From NCBI GenBank assembly GCA_902621305.1, contig CACNLM010000001.1:73005-137004 (forward strand): DNA of 64,000 nt. Direction: 5' to 3'. This document shows, one piece after another, positions 47,703-57,575 of the stretch (positions within the stretch are counted from its first letter, which is position 1; each line of letters opens with the position of its first letter). Source of the DNA: an uncultured Alphaproteobacteria bacterium (lineage in GTDB: Bacteria; Pseudomonadota; Alphaproteobacteria; HIMB59; GCA-002718135). Under the pieces are notes generated by a model. It was not told the origin of the DNA. It worked only from the letters and a program-made list of their open reading frames with translations, and did not search any database. Both the position numbers and the translations under genes were made by a program.

Positions 47703-48701
47703 ATGAATACCACAGCATTAGAATTAGAAAGTATATATGATTTAGCATATAAAGCACTATCAGCCCATGGATGTGATCATTACAATGCTGATTCCATAGC
47801 AACAACAGTTTTACATGCTGAAAGAGATGGAAGTGTTTCTCATGGATTGTTTCGTATTCCTGGTTATGTTGCTTCTCTAAAAAGTAAAAAAGTAAATGGA
47901 GTTTCGCGACCTTCTAATACTTATCTTACACAAAATGCAATTCGCGTTGAAGGTGATTATGGGTTTGCTCCTGTAGGAATAAAAGTTGGTTTGCCTGAAT
48001 TGATTAAAACAACAAATAAATATGGTGTTGGTGTTTTAACTATAACTAATACACACCACTTTGCAGCCTTATGGCATGAAACTGAAGCATTGGCTGAAAA
48101 CAACTTAGTTGGAATTGCTTGTACAGCTTATAAACCAAGTGTAGCGCCAGCTGGTGCAAAAAAACCATTATTTGGAACAAATCCAATATCATTTGCTTGG
48201 CCAAGAAAAAATAATACCCCTGTTGTCTACGATATGGCAACTTCAACAATGGCAATGGGAGAAGTTCAGGTTGCAGCACGTGATGGTCACAAAGTTCCAT
48301 TTGGAACAGGCCTAAATAAAGATGGAGAAAAAACTGATAATCCATCTGAAATTGCAAATGGAGGAGTCCTTTTAACATTTGGCGACTACAAAGGTTCTGC
48401 AATAGCAATGATGATTGAGTTATTAGCTGCAGGTCTAGTAGGAGATTTATTTAGTTTTGAAGCTAAAGAAGAAGACAATAATGATGGAGGTCCTGCAAGG
48501 GGTGGTGAATTTATTATGGCATTATCTCCAGAGCTTATTGCAGGAAAAAATTGGAATGAACATGCTGAGAAATTTTTTGAACAAATGACATCTTTAGACG
48601 GTGTGCGTTTACCTGGACAACGAAGACACACTAATAGGCAAGATAAAGGTCCAAGACAAATTAATTCAGAGCTAATAGAAAAGATAAAGAGTCTAATCTA
48701 A
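47703..48701 (+). CDS. Ldh family 2 (malate/L-lactate/sulfolactate dehydrogenase-like) oxidoreductase
   Basis: 332 aa with SHGLFRIPGY, FGTNPISFA and GYKGSAIAMMIELL. Confidence 0.8.
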   Translation: MNTTALELESIYDLAYKALSAHGCDHYNADSIATTVLHAERDGSVSHGLFRIPGYVASLKSKKVNGVSRPSNTYLTQNAIRVEGDYGFAPVGIKVGLPELIKTTNKYGVGVLTITNTHHFAALWHETEALAENNLVGIACTAYKPSVAPAGAKKPLFGTNPISFAWPRKNNTPVVYDMATSTMAMGEVQVAARDGHKVPFGTGLNKDGEKTDNPSEIANGGVLLTFGDYKGSAIAMMIELLAAGLVGDLFSFEAKEEDNNDGGPARGGEFIMALSPELIAGKNWNEHAEKFFEQMTSLDGVRLPGQRRHTNRQDKGPRQINSELIEKIKSLI

Positions 48702-48708
48702 TCCATTT

Positions 48709-49899
48709 ATGGATAATATTAAATTTGATTTTCAAAAACATATTGATGCTGGCAGATGTAATGGAGCTGAATGGATTATAAATCATAAAAATAATATTTA
48801 TCATGAAGTAATTGGTTACAAAGATTTGGAATTAAAAAATAAGCTCAATAAAAATTCATATTATAGAATTTGGTCAATGACAAAGCCAATTATTGGTTTT
48901 GCAGCAATGCAATTAATTGAAAAAAATTTCTTATCTCTTGATGATACTATAGATAAACATTTATCTGATTTTAAATATTTAAAAAAACTTAGTAGTATTG
49001 AGAGTAAATTAAAAAATACAACTTTTCTAGAAAACAAACCTACTGTTAGACAACTTTTACAACATACAGCAGGCTTTACATATAACAATTGTGATAATTT
49101 TTTAGCTCAAGAATATGAGGATAGAAGTTTATTTCATTCTGCATCCTCAAGTTTGGAGGAAGAGATTAGTAAAATTTCTGAATTACCTCTATTATATGAA
49201 CCTGGTTCAAAATGGCATTATTCTATATCTATTGATGTTTTAGCCAGAATTATAGAAGTTGTAACAAAAGATAAAATTTTTGACGTTTTAAACGAAAATA
49301 TTTTTATACCTTTAGAAATGAATAATACAAATTTTTATATTGATGAAAATAGTAATAGTCAGTTAGTTCAAACATTTGAATATAACAGCGAAAAATTAAA
49401 ACTAACAAATTTAAATTACGATAAAAGAAAGTTAATATTATACGGGTACCCAACGAATAATAAAAATTATTCCAGAGGAGGCCATGGTTTGTTTTCTACA
49501 GCTGAAGATTATGAAAAATTTGCTACAATGCTTATCGATGGTAAAAATAAAAATGGAAAAGAGCTCATTAATTCTCAAAGTTTAGAATTGATGCGAAATA
49601 ATTCTTTAAATAAAGAGTTATTTCCAATTGAAATCACATCAATTAATACAAATAAAGATGAAGATTATGAAAATGATCTAGATGGATATGGTTGGGGTTT
49701 AGGATTTAGAGTTTTAATGAATAATACCTCTCGAAATAAGTTTGGTCAAGTTGGAGAATTTGGATGGTCAGGCTATGCCGCTACTTATTTTTTAGCAGAT
49801 CCAAAAAATAATTTGTCAGCTGTTTTAATGACGCAAATTTTAGATGCAGATAAGAATATTAAAAAAGATTTTTACAATAATATCTATAAAAATCTTTAA
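48709..49899 (+). CDS. serine hydrolase (class C beta-lactamase / esterase family)
   Basis: 396 aa with the S-x-x-K motif SMTK, a Tyr motif (YSI) and a GWSG region near the C-terminus. Confidence 0.75.
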   Translation: MDNIKFDFQKHIDAGRCNGAEWIINHKNNIYHEVIGYKDLELKNKLNKNSYYRIWSMTKPIIGFAAMQLIEKNFLSLDDTIDKHLSDFKYLKKLSSIESKLKNTTFLENKPTVRQLLQHTAGFTYNNCDNFLAQEYEDRSLFHSASSSLEEEISKISELPLLYEPGSKWHYSISIDVLARIIEVVTKDKIFDVLNENIFIPLEMNNTNFYIDENSNSQLVQTFEYNSEKLKLTNLNYDKRKLILYGYPTNNKNYSRGGHGLFSTAEDYEKFATMLIDGKNKNGKELINSQSLELMRNNSLNKELFPIEITSINTNKDEDYENDLDGYGWGLGFRVLMNNTSRNKFGQVGEFGWSGYAATYFLADPKNNLSAVLMTQILDADKNIKKDFYNNIYKNL

Positions 49900-50759
49900 T
49901 GAACATGAAATCAAATCCCTATACCTATGGAATAATTTTAACTCTTTTAACTTATTTATCTTTTGGCATTTTAGATACAATTCAAAAAACAGCAGTTCAA
50001 TATCACTCTGTTTTTGTATTATTATTTGTAAAATTTACTTTCTGTTTTATTTTTTCTTTTTTTATTGCAAAAAAAAATAAAGTTAAAAAATTTTATCTTT
50101 CAAATAATTACAAGATACAAATAACCAGATGTATTTTATCTGTATTTGAATCTTGTTTTTTTGTATTGTCTTTTAGGCACTTAGCTCTGGCAGATGCTCA
50201 CACAATAGGATCTTTAGCCCCTGTTTTAGTTTTAGTTTTTTCTTATTTTATTTTAAAAGAAAAAATAAATGTAGCTACTTGGTTAGCAATTTGTGTAAGT
50301 TTTTGTGGAGTTATTCTAATTATGCGACCTGGACTAACTATATTTAATCCATATCTAATTATCCCATTATGTGCTGCTTTTTTCTATTCACTATTTCAAA
50401 TAGCAACAAGATTAAATGCTAAGTATGATGATAATGAAACTATGTTATTCTACAATGGCCTTATAGGTGCTATCATTACATTTGTACTATCACTTTTTTT
50501 CTGGCAACCTCTACATTCATTTTCTTTTATCTTTTTTATTTTTTTGGGTATCTTTTTTTGTACTGGGTTATTTTTACAAATTAAAGCATTGAGTATAACA
50601 CCAGCAAGTATTTTAGCACCTTATAATTATACTATAATTGTTTGGGGAATAATTTTTGGCTTATTGGTGTATGGAGAAATCCCAGATATATTTACAATAA
50701 TAGGAGCAATCATTATTGTTTCATCAGGAATATTTATTTTTAGATATTCTTACAAGTAG
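49899..50759 (+). CDS. DMT superfamily (EamA) transporter
   Basis: 286 aa with about ten TM segments arranged as two EamA repeats. The start overlaps the upstream stop as TAATG. Confidence 0.8.
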   Translation: MNMKSNPYTYGIILTLLTYLSFGILDTIQKTAVQYHSVFVLLFVKFTFCFIFSFFIAKKNKVKKFYLSNNYKIQITRCILSVFESCFFVLSFRHLALADAHTIGSLAPVLVLVFSYFILKEKINVATWLAICVSFCGVILIMRPGLTIFNPYLIIPLCAAFFYSLFQIATRLNAKYDDNETMLFYNGLIGAIITFVLSLFFWQPLHSFSFIFFIFLGIFFCTGLFLQIKALSITPASILAPYNYTIIVWGIIFGLLVYGEIPDIFTIIGAIIIVSSGIFIFRYSYK

Positions 50760-50808
50760 TTTTAATTTCTTTGTATCAATTAAAAAATTAATGTTATAAA
50801 TTTACTCT

Positions 50809-52293
50809 ATGTTTATTGGAATTGATCTTGGAACTTCATCAATCAAAATGATTTTAATAGATCAAAATCAAAGCATCCTTGCATCTGCTAATTCAAGTCT
50901 TACTGTACAATCCCCTAAAGATGGTTTTAGTGAACAAAATCCACAAGAATGGATTGACTCAACAATGGAATGCTTGGAGGCTTTAAAGTCAAAAAAACCA
51001 AAAGAATTTTCACAAACTATTTCAATAGGAATATCAGGTCATATGCATGGAGCTACGTTAATAGATAAGGATGGAAATGTTATTAGACCATGTATTCTTT
51101 GGAACGATACAAGATCATATCAAGAGTGTGAAGAATTTGAAAAACAAAATTTTGATGTACGATCAATCTCAGGAAATATAACTATGCCTGGTTTTACTGC
51201 ACCAAAAATAAATTGGATAAAGAATAATGAAATAGATAATTTCAAAAAAATTTTTAAAGTTTTACTCCCTAAAGATTATCTACGATTTGTTCTTACTGGT
51301 GAATTTTTTTCTGAAATGTCAGATGCATCTGGAACGTTATGGCTAGATATCCAAAAAAGAAAATGGTCCAATCAGCTTTTATCTTGCTCATTTTTAGAAG
51401 AAAAACACATGCCAGATCTAGTGGAAGGCAATGAGCAGACAGGATTTTTAAAAAAAGATTTAAAAGAGAAATTTAATTTTAATAATAATGTAAAAGTTGT
51501 GGGTGGAGCAGGGGATAATGCTGCCGCAGCAACTGGAATGGGTGTAACAAATAAAAATCAATCATTTATATCTCTTGGTACTTCAGGCGTTTTTTTTACC
51601 CCCACTGAAAATTTTTTAAGTAATACTGGTGATGCAGTACATTCTTTTTGTCATTGTTTACCAAATAAATGGCACCTTATGTCTGTTATGTTAAGTGCAA
51701 GTAATTGTTTAGATTGGATTTGCGCTATTACCAATACTTCAATTGCTGATACACTTAATAATGTAGAGCAATTTTATAATGATAAAAATTCTATAAAAAA
51801 TTCATCATATTTTTTACCTTATTTGTCTGGAGAAAGGACTCCACATAATGATCCGCATATTAGAGGTTCACTCCATTCTATAAAAACAACTACAAATGCA
51901 ACAGATTTACAGTATGCAGTAATTGAAGGTGTCAGTTTTGGAATATTAGATGGAGTAAATTCTATTTTGAAAGTTAATAATAACTTTGATAAAATATTTA
52001 TGGTTGGAGGTGGTTCAAAAAGTTCATTTTGGATTGAATTGCTTGCAGCACTTTTAAATAGAAAGTTAAGTGTTTGTGATCAAAGCGAATTTGGTGCCGC
52101 ACTTGGCGTTGCAAGATTAGCTATGTATCAGGATGCTACTATTGATAATAAAGAAAATATTATTAGTGAAATAAAAATAAGTAAAACTTATGAACCTAAT
52201 GAAGATAACATTGATCTTTTATTACAAAGGTATTCAATTTGGAAAGATTTATATAAAAGTAATAATAAAATTGCTAAAAATTTTAATTTTTAG
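50809..52293 (+). CDS. xylB: xylulokinase (FGGY carbohydrate kinase)
   Basis: 494 aa with IGIDLGTSSIK, GGAGDNAAAA.G and GGGSKS motifs. Confidence 0.85.
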   Translation: MFIGIDLGTSSIKMILIDQNQSILASANSSLTVQSPKDGFSEQNPQEWIDSTMECLEALKSKKPKEFSQTISIGISGHMHGATLIDKDGNVIRPCILWNDTRSYQECEEFEKQNFDVRSISGNITMPGFTAPKINWIKNNEIDNFKKIFKVLLPKDYLRFVLTGEFFSEMSDASGTLWLDIQKRKWSNQLLSCSFLEEKHMPDLVEGNEQTGFLKKDLKEKFNFNNNVKVVGGAGDNAAAATGMGVTNKNQSFISLGTSGVFFTPTENFLSNTGDAVHSFCHCLPNKWHLMSVMLSASNCLDWICAITNTSIADTLNNVEQFYNDKNSIKNSSYFLPYLSGERTPHNDPHIRGSLHSIKTTTNATDLQYAVIEGVSFGILDGVNSILKVNNNFDKIFMVGGGSKSSFWIELLAALLNRKLSVCDQSEFGAALGVARLAMYQDATIDNKENIISEIKISKTYEPNEDNIDLLLQRYSIWKDLYKSNNKIAKNFNF

Positions 52294-52312
52294 TAAATCT
52301 ACCTTAAAAAAA

Positions 52313-52876
52313 TTATTCTTTAAAAAGAAAAATATTTGCCTTTATCTTTATTTTATCTTTGAGGATTGTTGTGTTTTTCCAATTACCAGTGCCTATTTTA
52401 AAGTCATTTCTAGAAAAAGATATTTCACTTTTTACCTGAACCAACTCACTACCCAATTTTATTACTTCAATATTAATAGGAATATTTTGACTTTTTCCTT
52501 TTATTATTAATTCACCTATTAAATCAATTTTATTGTCTTCATAATTAAATTTAAAATTATTTGTATCAATAAGACCTAATGGATATTTTTTAGCATCAAA
52601 AAAAACTTCACTAAGAACTAAATCTTTATATCGTTTGTAATTTATGTCTAAACTATCAATTCTAACATTTATAAGAGCTTTATTATTATTTTGATTTGAC
52701 AAATCTAAGGAAACAAAACCATCAAATTCATTAAATTTACCAATAACATTTTTCGTTAATAAAACTGGAACTTCAAATTCTATACTAGAAATATTTTTAT
52801 CAATAGTCCATAAATCATTAGCTGCACTCTGCTTACAATATAGAAATATAAAAAATAAACTAAATATAACTTTCAA
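52313..52876 (-). CDS. YceI family periplasmic (polyisoprenoid-binding) protein
   Basis: A signal peptide is followed by SSIEFEV......V.GKFNEF.G and the YceI beta-barrel pattern. Confidence 0.8.
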   Translation of the reverse strand: MKVIFSLFFIFLYCKQSAANDLWTIDKNISSIEFEVPVLLTKNVIGKFNEFDGFVSLDLSNQNNNKALINVRIDSLDINYKRYKDLVLSEVFFDAKKYPLGLIDTNNFKFNYEDNKIDLIGELIIKGKSQNIPINIEVIKLGSELVQVKSEISFSRNDFKIGTGNWKNTTILKDKIKIKANIFLFKE

Positions 52877-53288
52877 TATATTTCCTTGCTAGTTCATCAG
52901 CTTTCTCATTAAATTCGAAACCAGCGTGTCCTTTAACCCATTTCCATGTTACATTATGTTTATTAATTAGATTATCTAATTGCATCCATAATTCTTTATT
53001 TTTCACTATTTTTTTTGTTGAAGTTTTCCATCCATTTTTTTTCCAATTTGTAATCCATGATTCAATACCATCCTTTACATATTTGCTATCGGTATAAATG
53101 ATTAATTCTTTTTTTATCTCAAAATATTCCAGTGCTTTTATTGCTGCTGTAAGTTCCATTTTATTATTAGTTGTGTGTTGATCACCACCATTTAATAAAA
53201 TTTCTTTATTATTGTCTAATATCACGACACCCCATCCGCCTATACCAGGATTTCCAGAACATGCCCCATCTGTATAAACATTAATCAT
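52860..53288 (-). CDS. rnhA: ribonuclease HI
   Basis: 142 aa with DGACSGNPG.GGWG, NNKMEL.A, TDS.Y and W.WVKGHAG...NE.AD.LA. Confidence 0.93.
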   Translation of the reverse strand: MINVYTDGACSGNPGIGGWGVVILDNNKEILLNGGDQHTTNNKMELTAAIKALEYFEIKKELIIYTDSKYVKDGIESWITNWKKNGWKTSTKKIVKNKELWMQLDNLINKHNVTWKWVKGHAGFEFNEKADELARKYIESYI

Positions 53289-54237
53289 TATTCAAAATAT
53301 CATTTTGTTGATGCCATCTTAAAATATTCAAATATTCAAATGGATCTTTTTTAACAACTACTGCATCAGGTGGATGAAAAATATAATCGTGCACTCTCGT
53401 ACATAATATTCTAACAGCAGCAGCTCTTAATAAAATATTTAATGATTTCTTTTCAATATCACTTAATTCTCTCAACTTTTGATATTCCCCAAGAATTATT
53501 AAGCAGTTCTCTTTGTTAAAGTATTGCCCATTTTCACTAAAACACCAATCATTAATAACTATAGCTAAATCGTAAATATAAAAATAATAACATGCAAAAT
53601 AGAAATCTATTACTCCAGAAATTTTTTCATCTTTAAAAAAAATATTATCTCTAAACAAATCAGCATGTATGACACCACAAGGAATATTTGTTGGCCAATA
53701 ATTTTCTAAATAGTCTAATTCATTTTTTAACAAATACATTGTTTCATTAAACTTTTCGGATTTATTATTAAGGCACTTTTTGTAAATTTCTTTCCAATCC
53801 TGTAGATCTAAACTGTTAGGTCTTTTTTCATCAAAATTTATGGTAAGATTGTGTAAATCAGCAACCATTTTTCCAACTTCTCTACACATTTCAGGGTTAG
53901 GTTCTTCAATACTTTTACCTTCTAAAAAAGATATTATTACAGCTGTTTTATTTTTTATTCTTTTTAAAATTTTTCCATTTTTATCTGAGATAGCTTTTGG
54001 ACATTTAAAATTGTTTTTATTTAAAAAGTTTTTTAAATTTATAAAAAAAGGTAATTCTTGCTCAGTTACTCTTTTTTCAAAAATTGTTAAAATATATGGT
54101 TGATTATTACAAAAAATTTTAAAATTTGAGTTCTCTATCCCATCTACAATTTCTTCAAAGCTGTCTAAATTTCCAATTAAGTATTCAGAAATAAAGTTTT
54201 CAATATCTTCTTTAAGTAATTTAGTAAAGACTGCCAT
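53281..54237 (-). CDS. thrB: homoserine kinase, type II (APH/ThrB2 family)
   Basis: The N-terminal MAVFTKL...GIENSNF and the kinase motif VIHADLFRDNIFF are present. Confidence 0.88.
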   Translation of the reverse strand: MAVFTKLLKEDIENFISEYLIGNLDSFEEIVDGIENSNFKIFCNNQPYILTIFEKRVTEQELPFFINLKNFLNKNNFKCPKAISDKNGKILKRIKNKTAVIISFLEGKSIEEPNPEMCREVGKMVADLHNLTINFDEKRPNSLDLQDWKEIYKKCLNNKSEKFNETMYLLKNELDYLENYWPTNIPCGVIHADLFRDNIFFKDEKISGVIDFYFACYYFYIYDLAIVINDWCFSENGQYFNKENCLIILGEYQKLRELSDIEKKSLNILLRAAAVRILCTRVHDYIFHPPDAVVVKKDPFEYLNILRWHQQNDILNND

Positions 54238-54240
54238 CTT

Positions 54241-55182
54241 CTATACGTTTAGTTTTTGCGGCACTTTAAAAAATACATCTTCTTTTTGGTAAGATCCTTC
54301 ATTTATATGTATTTCAAAACTTCTTTTCAAATTATCAAGAAGTTTTTTAACAAGTACTTCTGGCGATGATGCACTTGCTGTTATTCCTATATTTTCAGAT
54401 TCTTGAAATATATTTAAATTTAAGGAATCTACATCTTCTACTAAAATAGCTTTTTTTGATCCATAATTTTTTGCCACTTCAACTAATCTTAGGGAATTTG
54501 ATGAGTTACTTGCACCAATTACTAAAAAATAATCACATTGATTAGCTATCTTTTTAACCGCTTCTTGTCTATTTGTCGTAGCATAACAAATATCATTTTT
54601 TTTTGGTTCTATGACATTACTAAAATGTAATTTTATCTCTTTTATAATATCTTTTGTATCATCTACTGATAGCGTTGTCTGAGTAACATATGCAATCTCA
54701 TCATTTTGGTTGAAAGGCAATTTTTTTACATCTTCAACTTTTTCTACTAAATGAATTTTTTTATCTGTTTGACCCATAGTTCCTATTACTTCAGGATGAT
54801 TTCTATGACCAATTAAAATGACTGGCAGATTTTTTTTATCAAAATTTTCAACTTCTTTATGGATTTTGCTAACAAGCGGACATGTTGCATCGTAATATAC
54901 TAAATTTAAACTTAATGCTTCCTCTGGGACTGCTTTTGGAACACCATGTGCAGAAAAGATAACCGGCCTACTTCTATCTTCAATCTCATTTAATTCTTCT
55001 ACAAAAATAGCTCCCTGTGATTTGAGATTTTCAACAACAAATTTATTATGTACTATTTCATGACGAACGTATACGGGCGCTCCATATTTTTTTAGAGCAC
55101 CCTTTACCATTTCTATAGCCCTATCTACACCTGCACAAAATCCCCGAGGTCCTGCAAGAAATATATTAAGTTTTTTTGTCAT
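54241..55182 (-). CDS. ispH: 4-hydroxy-3-methylbut-2-enyl diphosphate reductase
   Basis: It has GFCAGVDRAI, HEIVHN, DATCPLV and SSNS.RL. Confidence 0.93.
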   Translation of the reverse strand: MTKKLNIFLAGPRGFCAGVDRAIEMVKGALKKYGAPVYVRHEIVHNKFVVENLKSQGAIFVEELNEIEDRSRPVIFSAHGVPKAVPEEALSLNLVYYDATCPLVSKIHKEVENFDKKNLPVILIGHRNHPEVIGTMGQTDKKIHLVEKVEDVKKLPFNQNDEIAYVTQTTLSVDDTKDIIKEIKLHFSNVIEPKKNDICYATTNRQEAVKKIANQCDYFLVIGASNSSNSLRLVEVAKNYGSKKAILVEDVDSLNLNIFQESENIGITASASSPEVLVKKLLDNLKRSFEIHINEGSYQKEDVFFKVPQKLNV

Positions 55183-55266
55183 CCAAATTTGTTACCATTA
55201 ATTTTGGTTACTTAATAATACTACAGATTTTGAAAATCTTTTAATATTAAATTATTAATATTGTAA

Positions 55267-55292
55267 GTAGATTTTGGAATAACTAAATCTAC
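55267..55292 (-). terminator. stem-loop 3 nt downstream of atpF stop
   Basis: The minus-strand RNA reads GUAGAUUU-(10 nt loop)-AAAUCUAC followed by UUACAAUAUU. It has an 8-bp AT-rich stem and a weak U-tract. Confidence 0.35.
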
Positions 55293-55294
55293 TA

Positions 55295-55780
55295 CTAGTT
55301 CTTTAGAACAGAGTTAAATTCGGTAATTGACTCTTCAATTAAAGCAGATTTTTTATCCTTACTTAGATTTTGAAGTAGAATATTTCTAGTAGCCTCTATT
55401 GCAACACTTGAAATATAACTTTTGAGAGAATTATTAGTATCTCGAACTAATTGTTCAATTTTATTTTCTGCCAATATTTTTCTTTTTTCAATTTGATCAG
55501 TTAATTTAGTGGCAGATATATCTTTTAATTCAGCAATTCTTTTCTCAGATTCTAACTTTAGATTTTGTATTTCTTTCTCTACTTTAGATTCTCTGTCCCT
55601 AAGTTCATCCAAAGCTTTTTGAGCCTCGTTTTTTAAATTCTCAACTTCATCTATTTTATTTTTTATATCTTTTATTTGTGCATCTAAACTAGTTGTAAGA
55701 ATTTTTCGTACTGGATTAAAAATAGCTACAATAAATAATATAAAAGATACCGCTACCCAAAATTGAGGATCAGAAAACAT
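55295..55780 (-). CDS. atpF: F0F1 ATP synthase subunit b
   Basis: 161 aa with one N-terminal TM segment and a long charged coiled coil. It is the last gene of the F0 operon. Confidence 0.85.
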   Translation of the reverse strand: MFSDPQFWVAVSFILFIVAIFNPVRKILTTSLDAQIKDIKNKIDEVENLKNEAQKALDELRDRESKVEKEIQNLKLESEKRIAELKDISATKLTDQIEKRKILAENKIEQLVRDTNNSLKSYISSVAIEATRNILLQNLSKDKKSALIEESITEFNSVLKN

Positions 55781-56271
55781 TAGTTAAAATTACCTTTATG
55801 TGTTTCAATAACTTTATCAAGTTCATTGTCTGACAATTCTATATCTGTAATTTTCCCAACAGTCAGTTTTGTAATATTAACTATTTCATTGTTAATATTT
55901 TTCATTTGATCATCTTTACTTTTTAAAATTTCTTTTTCTGCATCAGAAACTTTTTTTTCTAAATCTTTATCAAGTGAAGAAAGTTGAGAAGAAACATTTT
56001 CTTGTAAAGAATTGATTGTTTCTTTAATTTTCTCATCTGTTTCTAATTTAGCCTTATTGATCTGATCATTAATTTTTTTTTCAATTTCCATTGCCTGTTC
56101 CTGAAGCTCTTTTGCTGAAGATAAATTTTCATCTATTTTATTTTGTCTTTTCTCTAAAACTGTAGCTATTCTTGGAAGTGATACCCTCCATAAAAATACA
56201 AATAGAAAAGTAAAAAATACAGCTAACCAAAAGAGCTGTGAAACAAAAAACTCTGGATTTAATTGAGGCAT
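55780..56271 (-). CDS. F0F1 ATP synthase subunit b'
   Basis: 163 aa with an architecture like subunit b (MPQL...FW N-terminus). The b'/b pair is typical of alphaproteobacteria. Confidence 0.85.
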   Translation of the reverse strand: MPQLNPEFFVSQLFWLAVFFTFLFVFLWRVSLPRIATVLEKRQNKIDENLSSAKELQEQAMEIEKKINDQINKAKLETDEKIKETINSLQENVSSQLSSLDKDLEKKVSDAEKEILKSKDDQMKNINNEIVNITKLTVGKITDIELSDNELDKVIETHKGNFN

Positions 56272-56288
56272 TAATTAATTATTGAGTT

Positions 56289-56513
56289 CTATCCAAACAA
56301 AATAACTAACGCAATAACTAGTGCGAAAAGTGCAATCGCTTCAACTAATGCGAAACCCAACATAGTCATTGTAAAAACTTCACCTCTTGCTGCCGGATTT
56401 CTTCCAACTGCTTGAATAAAAGATGAGAAAATATTCCCAATTCCAATCCCTGATCCAATAACACCGATAACGGCTAAACCCGCTCCGATTACTTTTGCTG
56501 CTTCAATTTCCAT
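56289..56513 (-). CDS. atpE: F0F1 ATP synthase subunit c
   Basis: 74 aa forming a hairpin, with the GxGxGxG helix, the loop RNP and the proton-binding Glu in FALVEAIALF. Confidence 0.95.
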   Translation of the reverse strand: MEIEAAKVIGAGLAVIGVIGSGIGIGNIFSSFIQAVGRNPAARGEVFTMTMLGFALVEAIALFALVIALVILFG

Positions 56514-56531
56514 AAGTCCTCCTATTTTAAA

Positions 56532-57266
56532 TTAATGTAAATGATAAGCATCGTTAATATATAAACACGTCAGTATTGCAAACACATATGCTTGCAAAAA
56601 AGCAATTAAAATTTCTAATCCTGTTAAAGCTACAATGAAAGCTAAAGGAAAAACTCCTGTAAAAAATGGCATGGAAACAACAAAGCCTGCAAACACTTTT
56701 AGTAGTGTGTGACCAGCCAGCATGTTTGCAAATAATCTAACTGATAAACTTATAGGTCTTGATAAATAAGAAATTACCTCAATAGGAATCAGCAGTGGAT
56801 GCATGTAAAAAGGTACACCTGGTATATAGAAAAAAGTAAAAAATTTAATACCATGGTTAATAAATCCAAGAATAGTTACGCCAATAAATACAACTGCTGC
56901 TAATGCAAATGTAACAATGATGTGACTCGTGAAAGTAAATTGATATGGTATCATTCCAACCATATTTCCAATTAGTACAAACATGAATAAAGAGAAAACA
57001 AATGGGAAATATCTTTTTCCATTATCTCCAACTGTATCAGAGAGTAACTGAGCAATAAAATTATACATAAGCTCTGATATAAGCTGCATCCTAGAAGGGA
57101 TAATTGATCTTGTGCTCACTGTTAAAGTTAAAAATAGAGTAATCACTAAAACAGTAATTAGCATTGCAAAAGATGAGTTTGTGAAAGAAATGTTATAACC
57201 TCCAAGTTCAATATTAGATATTGGATCTATTTCGAACTGTTTAAGAGGACTATCTTTTGCGGCCAT
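56532..57266 (-). CDS. atpB: F0F1 ATP synthase subunit a
   Basis: 244 aa with the conserved SLSVRLFANMLAGH (essential Arg). Confidence 0.95.
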   Translation of the reverse strand: MAAKDSPLKQFEIDPISNIELGGYNISFTNSSFAMLITVLVITLFLTLTVSTRSIIPSRMQLISELMYNFIAQLLSDTVGDNGKRYFPFVFSLFMFVLIGNMVGMIPYQFTFTSHIIVTFALAAVVFIGVTILGFINHGIKFFTFFYIPGVPFYMHPLLIPIEVISYLSRPISLSVRLFANMLAGHTLLKVFAGFVVSMPFFTGVFPLAFIVALTGLEILIAFLQAYVFAILTCLYINDAYHLH

Positions 57267-57287
57267 AATTGATATTGAATATTAAAA

Positions 57288-57575
57288 TTACCTTTGCTTT
57301 TCAATGCGACGCATTACACGATAAACGTTCAAAAATCCAGCTAATGCGCCAAATATGAAGAAAATAATTAAGCCTATTGGTTTTGTATTAAAGTAATTAT
57401 CCACAATAAGCCCAATTCCAACTCCAACAACTAGTGCAGCTATAATTTCTGTACTAATTTTAAAACCAAATCCTGCACCACTTTCTTTTTTTTTAATATT
57501 AGGTTCTTTATTTTGATTATCTAAATCATCAATTTTTTTACCTAATTCTTCTAAATTTTTATTTTTATAATTCAT
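57288..57575 (-). CDS. atpI: AtpZ/AtpI family protein
   Basis: 95 aa with two TM segments at the head of the F0 operon. It overlaps the smc stop by 11 nt. Confidence 0.7.
   Translation of the reverse strand: MNYKNKNLEELGKKIDDLDNQNKEPNIKKKESGAGFGFKISTEIIAALVVGVGIGLIVDNYFNTKPIGLIIFFIFGALAGFLNVYRVMRRIEKQR

Noticed and set aside
47110-48631. Antisense ORFs within the FAD oxidase and Ldh-2 genes (47110..47442, 48046..48408, 48386..48631)
   Set aside because: These are shadow ORFs. The opposite-strand proteins carry clear family motifs.
49844-50080. 78-aa ORF spanning the junction of the serine hydrolase and EamA genes (also 52190..52510 across the xylB end)
   Set aside because: These are out-of-frame overlaps with well-supported genes and give low-complexity, AT-driven translations.
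55225-55239. Palindrome AGATTTT-G-AAAATCT upstream of ispH
   Set aside because: It cannot form a hairpin because the loop is only 1 nt. It is AT-rich and I have no supporting evidence for a binding protein.
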